Position numbers and translations under genes: made by a program. A stretch of 42,722 nucleotides of DNA from a virus (taxonomy: Duplodnaviria; Caudoviricetes). The stretch spans positions 1 through 42,722 of the IMG/VR virus record IMGVR_UViG_3300020161_000877; one strand, given 5' to 3'. Positions within the stretch are counted from its first letter, which is position 1. The number at the start of each line of letters is the position of its first letter. Positions 42,645-42,722 of this stretch are shown here, piece after piece. The notes under the pieces are model-generated. The model saw only the letters and a list, made by a program, of their open reading frames with translations. It was not told the origin of the DNA and searched no databases.

Positions 42645-42722
42645 TGTTAACTTCACGAGGTTTTGTTTCAGGCAATAATCCGTGGTCTCTATTGTACAGA
42701 TATTCGTCTTCACCAGCATTCA
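42601..42722 (-). CDS. 3' end of a gene running off the right edge
   Basis: Open frame NAGEDEYLYNRDHGLLPETKPREVNNAYLDYIYGFPSGM*; may be the C-terminus of the 1-518 gene. Confidence 0.35.
   Translation of the reverse strand, partial: NAGEDEYLYNRDHGLLPETKPREVNNAYLDYIYGFPSGM

Overview
This window looks like a nearly complete ~43 kb lytic tailed-phage genome with podovirus-type virion genes, opened inside a late gene. It has three blocks. (1) An AT-rich leftward late block (1-28.8 kb, continuing at 42.05-42.72 kb) holds TerL, portal, scaffold, major capsid, tail and ejection proteins including a Cys-free 3599-aa polyvalent-type protein, a holin and a u-spanin-like lipoprotein. (2) A GC-rich leftward, probably early block (29.15-35.27 kb) sits between a terS-like gene and the terL operon. 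It has two homologous promoter modules and structured leaders without Shine-Dalgarno sites. (3) A rightward middle block (35.76-41.93 kb) encodes RusA, a RecE-like exonuclease, a lambda-O-like initiator, a DnaC-like loader, ERF, a lysozyme, a phosphoesterase and tRNAs. I found no integrase, DNA polymerase or RNA polymerase. Standout observations: an inverted second copy of the replication origin directly in front of the late operon; seven tRNAs that all read A-ending codons, which sampled late genes use and a counted early gene almost lacks (a candidate translational early-to-late switch, including tRNA-Ile(UAU)); a repeated loop-E-like RNA motif in early leaders; a conserved upstream box at both early promoters; and avoidance of several 4-bp palindromes that extends into the tRNA D-arms. 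All protein calls are by-eye motif and synteny recognition, with no database searches.
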